Part shown: positions 11,533-22,555 of the stretch, one piece after another
How positions within the stretch are numbered: the first letter of the stretch is position 1
Layout: each line of letters begins with the position of its first letter
Made by a program: the position numbers and the translations under genes
The notes under the pieces: model-generated
The model's input: the letters and a program-made list of their open reading frames with translations, nothing else
The model's database searches: none
What the model was told of the DNA's origin: nothing
Source: Flectonema sp. DT1601
Taxonomy: Eukaryota
Reading direction: 5' to 3'
Assembly (NCBI GenBank): GCA_964019425.1
Contig: OZ025788.1
Location: 930,001-994,000, forward strand
DNA: 64,000 nucleotides

Positions 11533-12912
11533 TTAATTGGTAGCAAGAGTCTGATCACGAGGCATGAAGTTTGATGCGTTCTTCCTCTTGGTTGCCAAGT
11601 AGACCAAGCCTGCAGCAATTAAACTAGCGATAAGAACAACTGCAGCGACAATAAGTACAATAACAACAGGTCGAGGATGGTCATCGTCACTACCACCAGG
11701 GGGGCTGTTTGGATCAGGATAATTTCCAGGTACTACACAAATGTTATCAGAGAACGAACCAACATATGAATCGCTATTGCAGACGAAGGCGACTCTTTTA
11801 TTAAAAACATGACCAGGTTGACAAACATCACAATCAACACAATACTGGTCTCCATTAATCAGATGCATGTGACCTCCAATATCACCAGCGTAGGCTTCGT
11901 CAATGTACTGACCTCCTGAGATGTGATATGATGCTACGGGAGGTGATGTGAGTAGTCCAGAACATGCTTCACCATCACAAGTAAATGTCAATGACGTACA
12001 AACTGATAATGAGAGAGAATAATCACAAGCCACAATATTATTATTTATCGTAACAACAACACATCCCTTTGCAAAACAAGATTGCTCACTTCTCAAAGTC
12101 CTGCAACCCGAGTACAATAAACAGGCATCATTCTGCCACACGCAAGCAGCTATATCAGAACACTGGTCCTGAGGAACATTCTTACACACGTCAGCTTGTG
12201 CAGTACAAAGACCATTTGTTGATAACCAACAACCTGGATAATCAGCACACGTTGCTGCTTTATCACATCTGTCAATGGCCACGCATTCGTTCGATCGATG
12301 CACTTTGCAGTCAGCTTTCCAAACACATTCTTCAATACTGAGTCCTGAACAAATATCTGGTGAGCTACCCTGCCAGTCAGTGCACTGTGTTGTGAGTGTG
12401 TTTCCAATACCACACCATGGAGCAAATGCTTTTGGTTTGCAATACCCAAGACCAGAATTAACCCAATAGCATTGTGGGTCAGCAGTGCAAGCGGCTGAAT
12501 TTGTGTTCTTAGTCGGGTCACTACAAAATTGCTGTGCACCACAAGCTGTTCCATTCCACACACAATCAGATAGAGTCATGCATGAGGATACACTCGTGGC
12601 AGAGCTGCAAGACAAGCAGGTAGTTGAACCCATAACTACTCCACACCTTCCATCGCAAGCTACCACTGGTGCGGCTTCACAAGGAACGTCTGAAAGCGAA
12701 CAGACGCCATGTAACCAACTACACAACGAAGAGTTACAGTAACTTTCATTAGCATATGATGCACATGTGTTGTAACACTTTAACGAGATTGGGTACCATC
12801 TGCATTGCTTGTCACCACTGAACAGGCAGTCCTGTTCTCCCAGCGTCTCACAGTCTGATGCATGCGCCAATCCAATGACCAGGAGAGTAAGTAACGTCAT
12901 TAGGAGATCCAT
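11533..12912 (-). CDS. Cys-rich type I membrane surface protein, paralog 3 of 3
   Basis: Same architecture and conserved block. The tail YLATKRKNASNFMP resembles paralog 1 ([13 protein letters not shown]). Confidence 0.85.
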   Translation of the reverse strand: MDLLMTLLTLLVIGLAHASDCETLGEQDCLFSGDKQCRWYPISLKCYNTCASYANESYCNSSLCSWLHGVCSLSDVPCEAAPVVACDGRCGVVMGSTTCLSCSSATSVSSCMTLSDCVWNGTACGAQQFCSDPTKNTNSAACTADPQCYWVNSGLGYCKPKAFAPWCGIGNTLTTQCTDWQGSSPDICSGLSIEECVWKADCKVHRSNECVAIDRCDKAATCADYPGCWLSTNGLCTAQADVCKNVPQDQCSDIAACVWQNDACLLYSGCRTLRSEQSCFAKGCVVVTINNNIVACDYSLSLSVCTSLTFTCDGEACSGLLTSPPVASYHISGGQYIDEAYAGDIGGHMHLINGDQYCVDCDVCQPGHVFNKRVAFVCNSDSYVGSFSDNICVVPGNYPDPNSPPGGSDDDHPRPVVIVLIVAAVVLIASLIAAGLVYLATKRKNASNFMPRDQTLATN

Positions 12913-13385
12913 ATTATGAATAACTGATTGTTATAATTAATAAAACTGACTACACGACAGACACTAATACCCAACACACAAATATCAAAGTACCAGTACT
13001 TCTTCATTGTGGATCTGTTCTAGAATATAATTAATCGAAACAGTCAACCATTCCGCACAACAATCTCACATTGTAAAACATGATTATAAAAGTAAAGCGA
13101 TAAACATCAGGTCAAGAATGATTGATCAGGCTAACCAATCACAAAGAGCTGATGAGTAAAAAGGGGGGAAATAGAATTTGATAAGATCTTGCAAAGAAAG
13201 GCAAATGGAAGAAGGGGGAAAATGAAATATCACATTTGTGTAAATGGTATGATCGCTGAGGTCGGTGATTCACACAGAGCACGAGAAAGCTCACGTGACT
13301 AAGTGCAATTGGTACAGAAAAAAAAAAAAATAATATTACAGTATAACAAGAGAATAAAGCATCTCACCTTCATTATTTCGTCTTA

Positions 13386-14357
13386 TTATTTGGATTCCAG
13401 TGTATCTTGCAGGGTGGGTATAAAGTTTTCATCATACGCGAGACATGACTTCGCGTGATCACTAGCACGTAAAAACCATGGCCCGCTACTACCAGATGAA
13501 TTTACATTAACAGTAACTTCATCATCTGATTCTGCATCACTGTCTTGACCGCTGGCAAGGCGGAGGTTTCTCTTTTCGTTTTGATGTTTAAAATAATTAA
13601 CACCAACAGGAAGTCCATAAGGATCTGTTATTTTAGGTCGAACTATCTTTCTCTCGGTACCTTTTTCAGAAACATGAACACGATTAGTACACATGATCGC
13701 ATTGAGGGTGAAAATTTTTGGAAAATACGGATTTATATTCCTATTTAAATCAATTACTTCATCTTTACCTGTTTCTACTTTTATCCACAACCGAAACCGT
13801 TCTCGGTTTGGGTATTTAAGAGCGGAAGGAACGAGTGTGACTAATTTCCTTCCAATGTATCGATAAAGATCAAAAGACGGAGTACCTTTTTCAATTATAA
13901 ATAACCAGTTTCCTTCACATAGACAAGATTCTAACTTCTGTTGACATTCAGCAGTGTTTGATTCTGCTGTAGTTCCGATTCTATAAGTGACTACATTAAC
14001 ACCCATTGAGGTTGCTAGTTTCTGAAGAGAATCAAACGGCTCACCATCAATATCACTCATTTTATGCCAGCTTGTTGAGCGTACTTCGGTGGCGTGCCAT
14101 AATAGTGGTGTTCTAACTTGACTTTTTTTATACATCCTCATCAACGAAGGATCGACTCCTTTTGGACATGGTCTTGTGTACCTATCTTTCTTCTGTAAAA
14201 ACGTTAGCTCATCACTTGGAGTGTTGTTAATTGTCGGCAGTTCTGCTTCTTCTTCTGATGGTATTCCTTTATGCATCGACACTTCCTGATGAGGCCAATT
14301 CGCACCAATCAACGCAAGAACACGTTCAGCTGTAAGACGTTCGTTTACGACTGGCAT
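13386..14357 (-). CDS. Small stand-alone protein resembling the dynein heavy chain AAA6 (region D6) domain
   Basis: Ordered motifs TPLLW, EPFDSLQKLA, YRIG, EGNWLFI, RFRLWIK, FPKIFTLNAI parallel the DHC D6 motifs TPLIF, DP..L..LA, ISLG, EG.WVLL, FRLWLT, FP..ILQNS. First ATG is at 14357. Confidence 0.6.
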   Translation of the reverse strand: MPVVNERLTAERVLALIGANWPHQEVSMHKGIPSEEEAELPTINNTPSDELTFLQKKDRYTRPCPKGVDPSLMRMYKKSQVRTPLLWHATEVRSTSWHKMSDIDGEPFDSLQKLATSMGVNVVTYRIGTTAESNTAECQQKLESCLCEGNWLFIIEKGTPSFDLYRYIGRKLVTLVPSALKYPNRERFRLWIKVETGKDEVIDLNRNINPYFPKIFTLNAIMCTNRVHVSEKGTERKIVRPKITDPYGLPVGVNYFKHQNEKRNLRLASGQDSDAESDDEVTVNVNSSGSSGPWFLRASDHAKSCLAYDENFIPTLQDTLESK

Positions 14358-14793
14358 TTGTTGAGTTTTTTTTAATTTTTTCTGGAAACTTTTTTTTATA
14401 TTAAGAACCCAACAACAAATACTTGTTAAATGCAAAAAAAAAAAAAAAAAAATTAAAATTAAAAGTTAAAAATAATATCTTAATAACATGCCATCCTTCG
14501 ATTTAGGACTTTCTCAGTTTTTTTCAGTACAATCTCCTGGCAAGGCAATTCGAACGTCAATGTCACACGAAACACTTGCGAAAGAAATATCTTTTTTTTA
14601 AATTGCAAGTGTTTTATTAAAAGAAGCAACTTGCTGTTGCCGATCACAAATTTGAACATCAAACTCAACTCACAAGAAGACCACGAGCAGTCATCACCGG
14701 AACACACGTAAAAAAAACTAACATAAGAAATGTAGCTTACTTAAATTTTAAGAAAAATTAAAAAAAATTAAATTAAAACACAATTGGGTATCC

Positions 14794-17121
14794 CTACTCA
14801 TCTTGTCCCCAATCTAGGATAGTTTTTGCTGCAGATCGCAGTGCTTTCTCTAAGTCAGGTTTTGATTCTTTTCCCTGGTTATAATGAATAAAGTTCATTC
14901 CGATTGATCTCCACAGAGTACCAATTGTATTCCTCAGTTTTATTAGTTCAGATTCGAATGTCTTTTTTTCCATTGAAGTTAGAGAGCTGAGTTTTTCAAT
15001 TTTAACTTCCAAATCTAATTCATATGTAACACTTTCTCGTTTGCTACTTCTGAGTTGATGTAATTCATCTCTCATACTCGATAGAGTAATAGCAGAACTG
15101 TGAAAGTGAGCTAAACATATTTTAGTACTCTCAAACCAACCTTTTAGTAGTTGTAGGTCACTCATGAAGTGAAACATTCGTCTCTCTTGGTCTAATGAGA
15201 GAAGTCTAATTGATTGCTCTAAGGCATAAGATGCTGCATCAAGAGCATCAACAACACTGTCACTTGGTAGCGGGTGATATAAATATGAAATTGGAACAAA
15301 TGAACCTCCAGTCTTACTCTTCGTTTGAAAGTATCTCGTACCATTTAGTACTCCATCATTATTACCAACATTGCCGCAGTCCCATTGGACTCCAACGTAA
15401 ACCTCAGGCTGTGTTGTGTTGTTGTTTTCTTGTTTATCAGTTGCCGTAAAGACTTGTTCTAAAGTAGAAGAAGTGCATACCAGTGGCATAGTTGGAAGTC
15501 TTCCGAACCACCTAACAACTCCAAACAGTCCCTGCTTCGTTTGAATTCTGTGGTGGATTTGTTTATTTTGTGCTTTTATGATCATGAATTAAATTACCAG
15601 CCAAGACTAAAACCCCCACAGAACTAGAAGTCAACTACTGGCGGTAAGCCTTGTGTCAGTCAATGCTATTCCACGCAGGTTACAATTTGCAATCTTCCTA
15701 CAAAACATAAAACCTGACCTATTCATGGTACGGGAGACATTGTTAAAGGATAACGACGATACGATAAGTTTTAGTGGATATAACTGCCTCGGAAGAGACC
15801 GAAGAATTCCGGTTTAAAAACAATGCACCCTTCAGAGGTGGTGGATTAGCGATTTTTTACAAAAACGGTCTAAGAATGACAAATGCTGACCCAACCGAGT
15901 GAATACTTAACTCATAAGGATAATAGATATTCTATTATTACAGCATGGCTACAGAATGCTAGTCGCTACAACATGATTCCTCTTCCGGCGAACGCTCTCG
16001 TCTTCAGAGAATACGCAGAGGAAACATCAGAGTAAACAACCAGAGCTATTCATACGACAGTATTTAATAAATGTTAAGGCATACCTAGTTCCTATTTCAC
16101 ACTTGTCGGGTATCAGAGTACGAGGAATCCAATCACTAGCTGTTGTAAAGTCAGATAGTGTACTCGAAAAGTAAAGTGTTTCAGCAGTTCTATCAGACAT
16201 TAAGATGTAATGGTTTTCAGCCTTCACACGAAGTTCATCAACTGATTGTAATGAAGACACAGCATAAGACATTACATTAGCATAAGGCTGAGCTACTTGT
16301 GGTTGTACTTTTGTTGACGTAACTTTAGATTTCAGCCAACCTAATGCTGACTTCGTTTGGTACGTAACATGTCTCTTTGTTTCGTTGTATATATTACTAG
16401 TTTGTGACTGTAAGGTTGCTGTTGAGTCTTTGAATGCTTGAAAATCACTGTTTTCACAAAATAAGAAATCACGAAGAAGAATTGACTGTTGTAACCCAAT
16501 GTGTCCGCCCACATAATTTAAAAAATAGCAAAACTCTCGTTTTCTTTGCAGAACAAGCATCGGAGGATCAGTTTCTTCTCCAACCAGAACAGCAAACTTA
16601 GTATCAGCTGCGTATGATATATCTTTCGGGGGTACCGGAGGTATAATTATTGCTGGATACTCCTTTGCTAAAGCTCCTCTCAACCACTCTAATTTACTAT
16701 ATCTGAAATACTTTGTAATAATCACACAGTCTTCTTTAATTGTAACATCCGCATTATTAAGTTTCTCTAACTGAGATTTGTATAAGTCAAGAGAGGTAGT
16801 GAGCTTCACCTCATACGCCCAATAACTCGATTCCAAAAACTCGGTAGTGTCGATCGTAAATTTCATTGCTGGGTTTGCTACAGCGTTCTCCAAGAACAGA
16901 GCACTGTCGAAATAAAATGCCGTGTTTTCTGGCATTTTAGGCGATCCTACAGGATCAACGTGCACATCTTCCTCGAGGTCAATACTGGTAGTAGTTGCTA
17001 ACGATAAGTTTTTTACACCTGACGAAGTATTCGTCGGACTGTTTTCCGAATTTGGTTTCTGCGGTGGTGTTACAGGCAGGTCTTCCTGTGCTTCAACGGG
17101 AGACGACGTGTCAGGATCCAT
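14794..17121 (-). CDS. Sorting-nexin-like PX domain + helical (BAR-like) region with an embedded CAP-Gly domain; 2 exons (17121-16085, 15547-14794), 596 aa
   Basis: PX motifs FRYSKLEWLR..L..EYP.IIIPPVPPK and QRKREF..FL. Splicing the GT-AG intron 16084-15548 gives CEIGTRIQTKQGLFGVVRWFG...VGVQWD..VGNNDGVLNGTRYFQ (CAP-Gly). Confidence 0.8.
15650..15902 (+). mobile_element. Decayed non-LTR retrotransposon (LINE) APE-type endonuclease fragment, antisense inside an intron
   Basis: Plus-strand translation VSVNAIPRRLQFAIFLQNIKPDLFMVRETLLKDNDDTISFSGYNCLGRDRR, then after a frameshift FRGGGLAIFYKNGL. This matches the PD....QET...GY...RDR...RGGGVAI pattern of LINE endonucleases. Confidence 0.75.
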
Positions 17122-17476
17122 TTATCCTTAACAGTACACTGTGAAAAAGATGGGAAAATAACTTGAACGTAAAACATAAAAACAGTAACGTTGATTTTTT
17201 TCTTCTTTTCTTTTTGACATAACCTTTCTATGTACCTGTCAGAGATCATAAGAAAAGTAGAAAGACAATATGCCACCAACAATACCACAGAAACACTGAA
17301 CGTAATAAGTGATGTGATGATCATGACGGGAGGGAGAGCATACTAACTGATATCATAAAAAACGAAGTGGGTCAAAAACCGTCTCAAGTTCAAACCCGTG
17401 GAAGCACGAAGCTGGCAAATGGGACCTCTGAGGACAACCAGAAATGAAACAACCGGATGCGAAGCACCCATGAAGC

Positions 17477-18225
17477 TTACTCTTTCTTTGCCTTCGGGAC
17501 GTACTGTGTGTTTTATTGTGTTGATTATTAATTTGAAACGTTCCACCTGTGTTTTATAAATAACAAAAATATACCTCAAGCCCAAGAGACTTTAACTGGT
17601 CCTCAAAACCATTGAATGTGTATGTAATTCCCTTGGCTGCAATCTTTTTGTTATGTTGTCTTTCCTTAGATATGAGGTTCATAATACGTTGGTTGACAGG
17701 TTTGTCGCAGGCTTTCTTGTAGTGTTGTTGAAGACCGTTGATTCTGATATCGGCATCCTTCTTCTGGAGAGTCTTAATCTTCATTCCTTTCCAAATATTT
17801 TTGTGAACTTTTGATTGTTCCATCATATCACATCTTAAGGTCTTACCGGTGATGTGCATACCGTTCAGCTCTTCGACAACGGCAGGGGCAACCGCTGGGT
17901 CGTCAAATTGAGCGAACCCATAACCCTTTGATTTTCCTGATTTCTTGCATCTTGAAAGCCTTAATCTTCTGATCTTACCGTACTGTCCTAAGAATGATCT
18001 TACTTGACCTTCGTAGTATCCATGAGGAATGTGTCCTAGGTATATTACGCCTTCGTGCTTATTCTTAGTCGCACCCTTCCCCTTTGGCTGGGCCTTTACG
18101 ACTGCCGCTGCCTTCTTCTTTGAAACCTTCTTCAGTTCCTTCGCAGCAGTTTTTTTTAATGCGCTTTTCATGGCATTTGGGTCGAGGGTTTTGTACCCCC
18201 CCTTGCTGATCACACCTTTAACCAT
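17477..18225 (-). CDS. NIFK: Nucleolar RRM protein of the NIFK/Nop15 family; probably 2 exons (18225-17575, 17503-17477)
   Basis: GVIYLGHIPHGYYE and RLRLSRCKKSGKSKGYGFAQF are Nop15/NIFK-type motifs. A 71-nt GT-AG intron gives the C-terminus YVPKAKKE*. Confidence 0.8.
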
Positions 18226-18407
18226 TTTTTTTTTCTTTTTTTTTTGTTGCGATTAAATCTATAGATTGTGAGTAAATAAATAACTGTTGTCAACACACGC
18301 ACCATATTATAATTTTAATAAACCGCGTTACGATGTTACTACTGAGGGCGACAAAAAAAGGAAAACAGATAGCGAGTAACGTAACGAATATAAAAGTGTA
18401 AATTTAA

Positions 18408-21400
18408 TCATTGTTTCATTCCCTGTCTTATTCTTTCTTTCAATTTTGGAAGCAATAGCGTATCAAAGAATGTGTCTAACCTTTGATGAAGAGGAATCAA
18501 TGGTGTTGGATGTTTGTGAACAGCAATGCAAATTATCGCATCGACCCACTCTGAAAATGTCATTCCGACATCAAGTATTTTTGTTTCATCACATATGATG
18601 TTGGTATAAATCTGATTTGCATCAGCGAATGTAAAGTTCACATCCGTTAGTTTACATTCTCTGATGAATCTTTGAAACTCTTCATAGGTGATTGAGCCTC
18701 CGTCATTGCCTCTGGAGATTCCAGATACGTAAACTCGGAATGCTCTTCGAAGAATCTTTTGATATCTCTTAACCACTCTCTGAACTGCTAACTGTTTGGA
18801 TGAGTAACGAAAGACTTCTACATCAGATCGAAGAGCTCTCGGAAGTATCGCTTCTTCAATTAGCCTACGAAGTCCTTCAGACGCAGACAAATAAACAACC
18901 TTCCGATGCGTTGCCATTTCACCACCAATCCTGACTAGTAATTCTACAAAGTGTTGTGGTGATATTATCTTCTCTGATTGTCCTTTAAAAGACTTATCAA
19001 TACAACTATCAATTAATCGTTTACTTAGATTCTTAACAACGTGACACTCATTTAAGAAAATAAAGAACCCATCGAGAGACATACGCTGACCAATATCAAC
19101 ACAGCAATAATATTGATAAATAGAACGTAAATCCCAATAATGGAGAGACAGAAGATCTTCGCAAAGATCTAACTCGTCACCAGCGTTGTTTACATTTATT
19201 GATATGGAAAGTACTTCAGAAAGTTTATTTTCTTCGAGGAAAGTGTAAGAGCATCTCCTACGACGTTCTTTGAGGTCGGTGATATCACCTTCGCGGCTTC
19301 GTCCGTTCTGAAGTTGCTTGTAACCACAAAGAGTGACTTTCGAAAGTAAGTATAGCCATCCTCTCATTGTATTTCTCATTTCTTTATATTTGCGTGATAT
19401 TCTATCAAAGGATAGTTCAAGAGGAGGCATCGGTTTGTCACCATCGTCATCATTATCATCAGAAGAAGAGTCGGGTTTCTTCAGCGCAGTCAATCCTCGT
19501 TCTCCAAAACTACCAACAGACTGAGCCAAGCAATATTTGCTAAACAACATTGAAGCCAATACAAATATTCGATGACCCCTTCCGACGAGAATATCATCTG
19601 CTGAGAGGATATTTTTTAATCCAACAACAGAGAGACTCTCAACTAAACAGACTGCTCTTTGATGATGACTTGTTTTTGATAAAGCAGCGAGTGAGCACTG
19701 CTCCGGCCACAACACATACAACAGAACTGTGAATACTTCTGAGTCCTGAAAATCTGTTGTAAAGTTCTCAACTTCTGATGATCTGTTTGGTTTTTATTAA
19801 ACTGATATGAATTATGAGAGATGACACAAAGAAAAGGTTCTACACAAACCTATAAATACCTTCCTTATCAAGAATGTAGTTACAGAAACAGAGTACAATA
19901 TGCTCAGAGCTTTTATTCTTGCTTAAAATGTCAGAAATTTTTGTATCAGCAGACAGGTACTCATAATCTATTTCTTTGAGGACTTCGAGTTGTTGTGTTG
20001 CTCTAGATAGTTGGCGTTCGTTATTGCGGTTTGGATCAAGAGTTTTTAAAGTTGTTATGCAATCACTGAGAGTGTTAATTTCACGTCGACGTTTACATTT
20101 GTCCGTTAAAAGAGCAAAATGAGGGTGCTCTCTATCGTTTATTTCACCAGTCATGTTGTGAAGTATTTCATTACATAGAACTGTCCATCTATCCCGATCA
20201 TGTGTCATTTCTTTTAGTTGAATGGTCATTCCCTCTGCTGCTGTTTGTTGGTTGGAAACCTGCTCTTCCAGCTGTTTTATCCTAGCTGAGAGTTGTTTGA
20301 TTTTAGTGTCTTGTTGGCGAGTTATGTCTTCAATTTGATAAGCGTGAGTTTTATTACCCCTGACTAACTCTGTTTTTAACTTTGACACATCAAGCTGTAA
20401 AGTAGTTTGCTTCAAACGCCAGTCTCGTTTGCAGTTATTTTGATTTTGGGTTTCCCTATCCCACTTGCATTCTCCAGCATTTAGTCTCAGTAGGAGAAAT
20501 GCAACCCATGAAACGAAATGTCGAATTCGGGATGAGAGTCTGTTGATGATCATACTAACTGCACTTCTCGCTTTGCTGGCATTTCGAGATTCATTCTTCC
20601 ACGCTTTGAATAACCTTGAGAGTAAGTGTTTCTTCCATATTCGAACTTCAGCAAGCATGACAGTTGTTTTCCGTTTGCGTTCAGCGTCTGCTTCCGAATT
20701 AATCACCTCAACGTCTTTTCTGTAAGCCGCTAACTCTTGCTCAACTCTGCTTGTGGATGTTGCGTGTAGCGCGAGGTTGCAGAAAGCCTGGTCCAGGTTG
20801 CCTTCCTTTAGTTTTTTCAAAGGGCTAATACACTCCTCCCACCCTTGAAAAATCGAAGCATACACCTCACTTAGTAATCTTGATAAGATATTTTCTAACG
20901 GGTTCGCAGTAGCGGGTGTTTTATTAGACACAAGTTCATTACAAATCTTCGCAAGTAAAAGACTAGCTGATGCTGACCTGAATAAGTTGGGTTGAGGTAA
21001 CTTTGAAGTAGCGCGTTGGATTTGAGTAAAAATACAATCAGCCCAAATAATAGGAGAGGTAAAGCTGTGTTGCTGCATCTCAATTGTACGTAACCACTGT
21101 AGTAATAATCCCTTGGTAGTTTTATCATCGTCAACGTACTGTTCAGGGTCAAGCTCTGAGAAAGGAACCCCTTCAAAACCCTGAGCATCAGTACTTACAA
21201 CTTCAATAAAGGCGGTTTTGCTGGATACGTCTTGGAGAATTTCCGCTGCCGTTCGCGGAGGATTTTCGGGTTCCCTTTTCTTTTTTATCCGCATGAGATC
21301 ACATTCATCCGCCCCGCGAACTTTTTGTACGGTACTCCCAGCCAAGAAAGCTTTTTCCATCGGACGAGGCTCCTTCCATGATAAGTACTTTGAAGGTTTT

Positions 21401-21555
21401 GTTATTTTTAATTTCCGATGACGCTGGTGTTCCTCCTGTTGCTGAGTGTCGTTGTGTTTTTCGATGTGATTGGTACCTGTACCCGTTAGTACCACAAATT
21501 GGAGATTCTGAAAGTCGGGTTGGTGTTGTTCCTTTCTCCCTCGTAATCGAAACAT
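18408..21555 (-). CDS. Coiled-coil + calponin-homology-like + EF-hand-like protein; 2 exons (21555-19850, 19782-18408), 1026 aa
   Basis: A 67-nt GT-AG intron (19849-19783) joins two ORFs and restores a CH-like block: EHIVLCFCNYIL...VENFTTDFQDSEVFTVLL...SADDILVG. EF-like ITYEEFQRFI and MTFSEWVDAI lie downstream. Confidence 0.7.
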
Positions 21556-22555
21556 ATGTTATAAAGGATACTATCCAAAGTATCTATAAGAAATGATTTA
21601 TACTAATTCCTAGTTACGTCATAATTAATTAACGGGGAACTGCATGCCACTAAAAGGAAAGGGAGCAGCTCACAGCAACCCTTCTAACTGTTTGTTCTCT
21701 TTTGGTTATTTTTTTTTTAATTTTTTTTTAAAAGATTTAAGTCGGGAACCCACAAAATAAATCCAAAAAAAAAAAAAAAAGAAACGGGACTGGACTCGAT
21801 AGCAAAAAAACAACTCATGAAATATTCTTACCATATCGCATGCGGGTTGTTTGCTTGTCGCAATAAGAAGGTAAGCTTCCTCACGAGATTAGAGCATAGA
21901 ATTTAGTTTTTTTTTTTTTTTTTAATTATTATGAGTGTTTTTCTTACATTTATATCTCCGCACCAGTGAGGGGGATTTGGCTAGATTATTATACTGGTCT
22001 GAGAGACTGGGTTCGGTGAAATTACTACATTCTCTGTTGGCAGGCACACGTTTGTCAGCTGGGATGAGCACCAGCAGGCTTGCACACAACCATTCTTTAG
22101 GTGAACAGACAGGAAAATCTATTCCAACTGGGAAGGAAGGCGTGGAAAGAAAATTTATATTTCCTCACCGACTGGGTATACTAATTTCTCGTTTCTTTGG
22201 CACAATGGCTATTCGGTGACTGACGACACTTCCGATAAAGGGAGTATCCACATCAAACAGCGGGGGCGGAATTACACACAACAACAAATAATAAAATAAT
22301 AAAATTAACCCTCCTTGTAACACTCGTGGGCTATCAGGTGAAGGTTTAGTAAAAACCAAATCACGCAAAGCTGAAATACTTCAAAACACTGCGGAGGAGG
22401 CACGCTTGAGTAGCATACCTGCAACTCAACGAGTGCCGTTATTGTAATAAATAATAATAAAGTCACCCCTCAGCTATTAGGAGACTAGTTTGTCAAGGGT
22501 CGCAGCTCCAACCCCAACCTTTCAGAGCTTCGTCACAAAGATTGCATTGTGTGAA

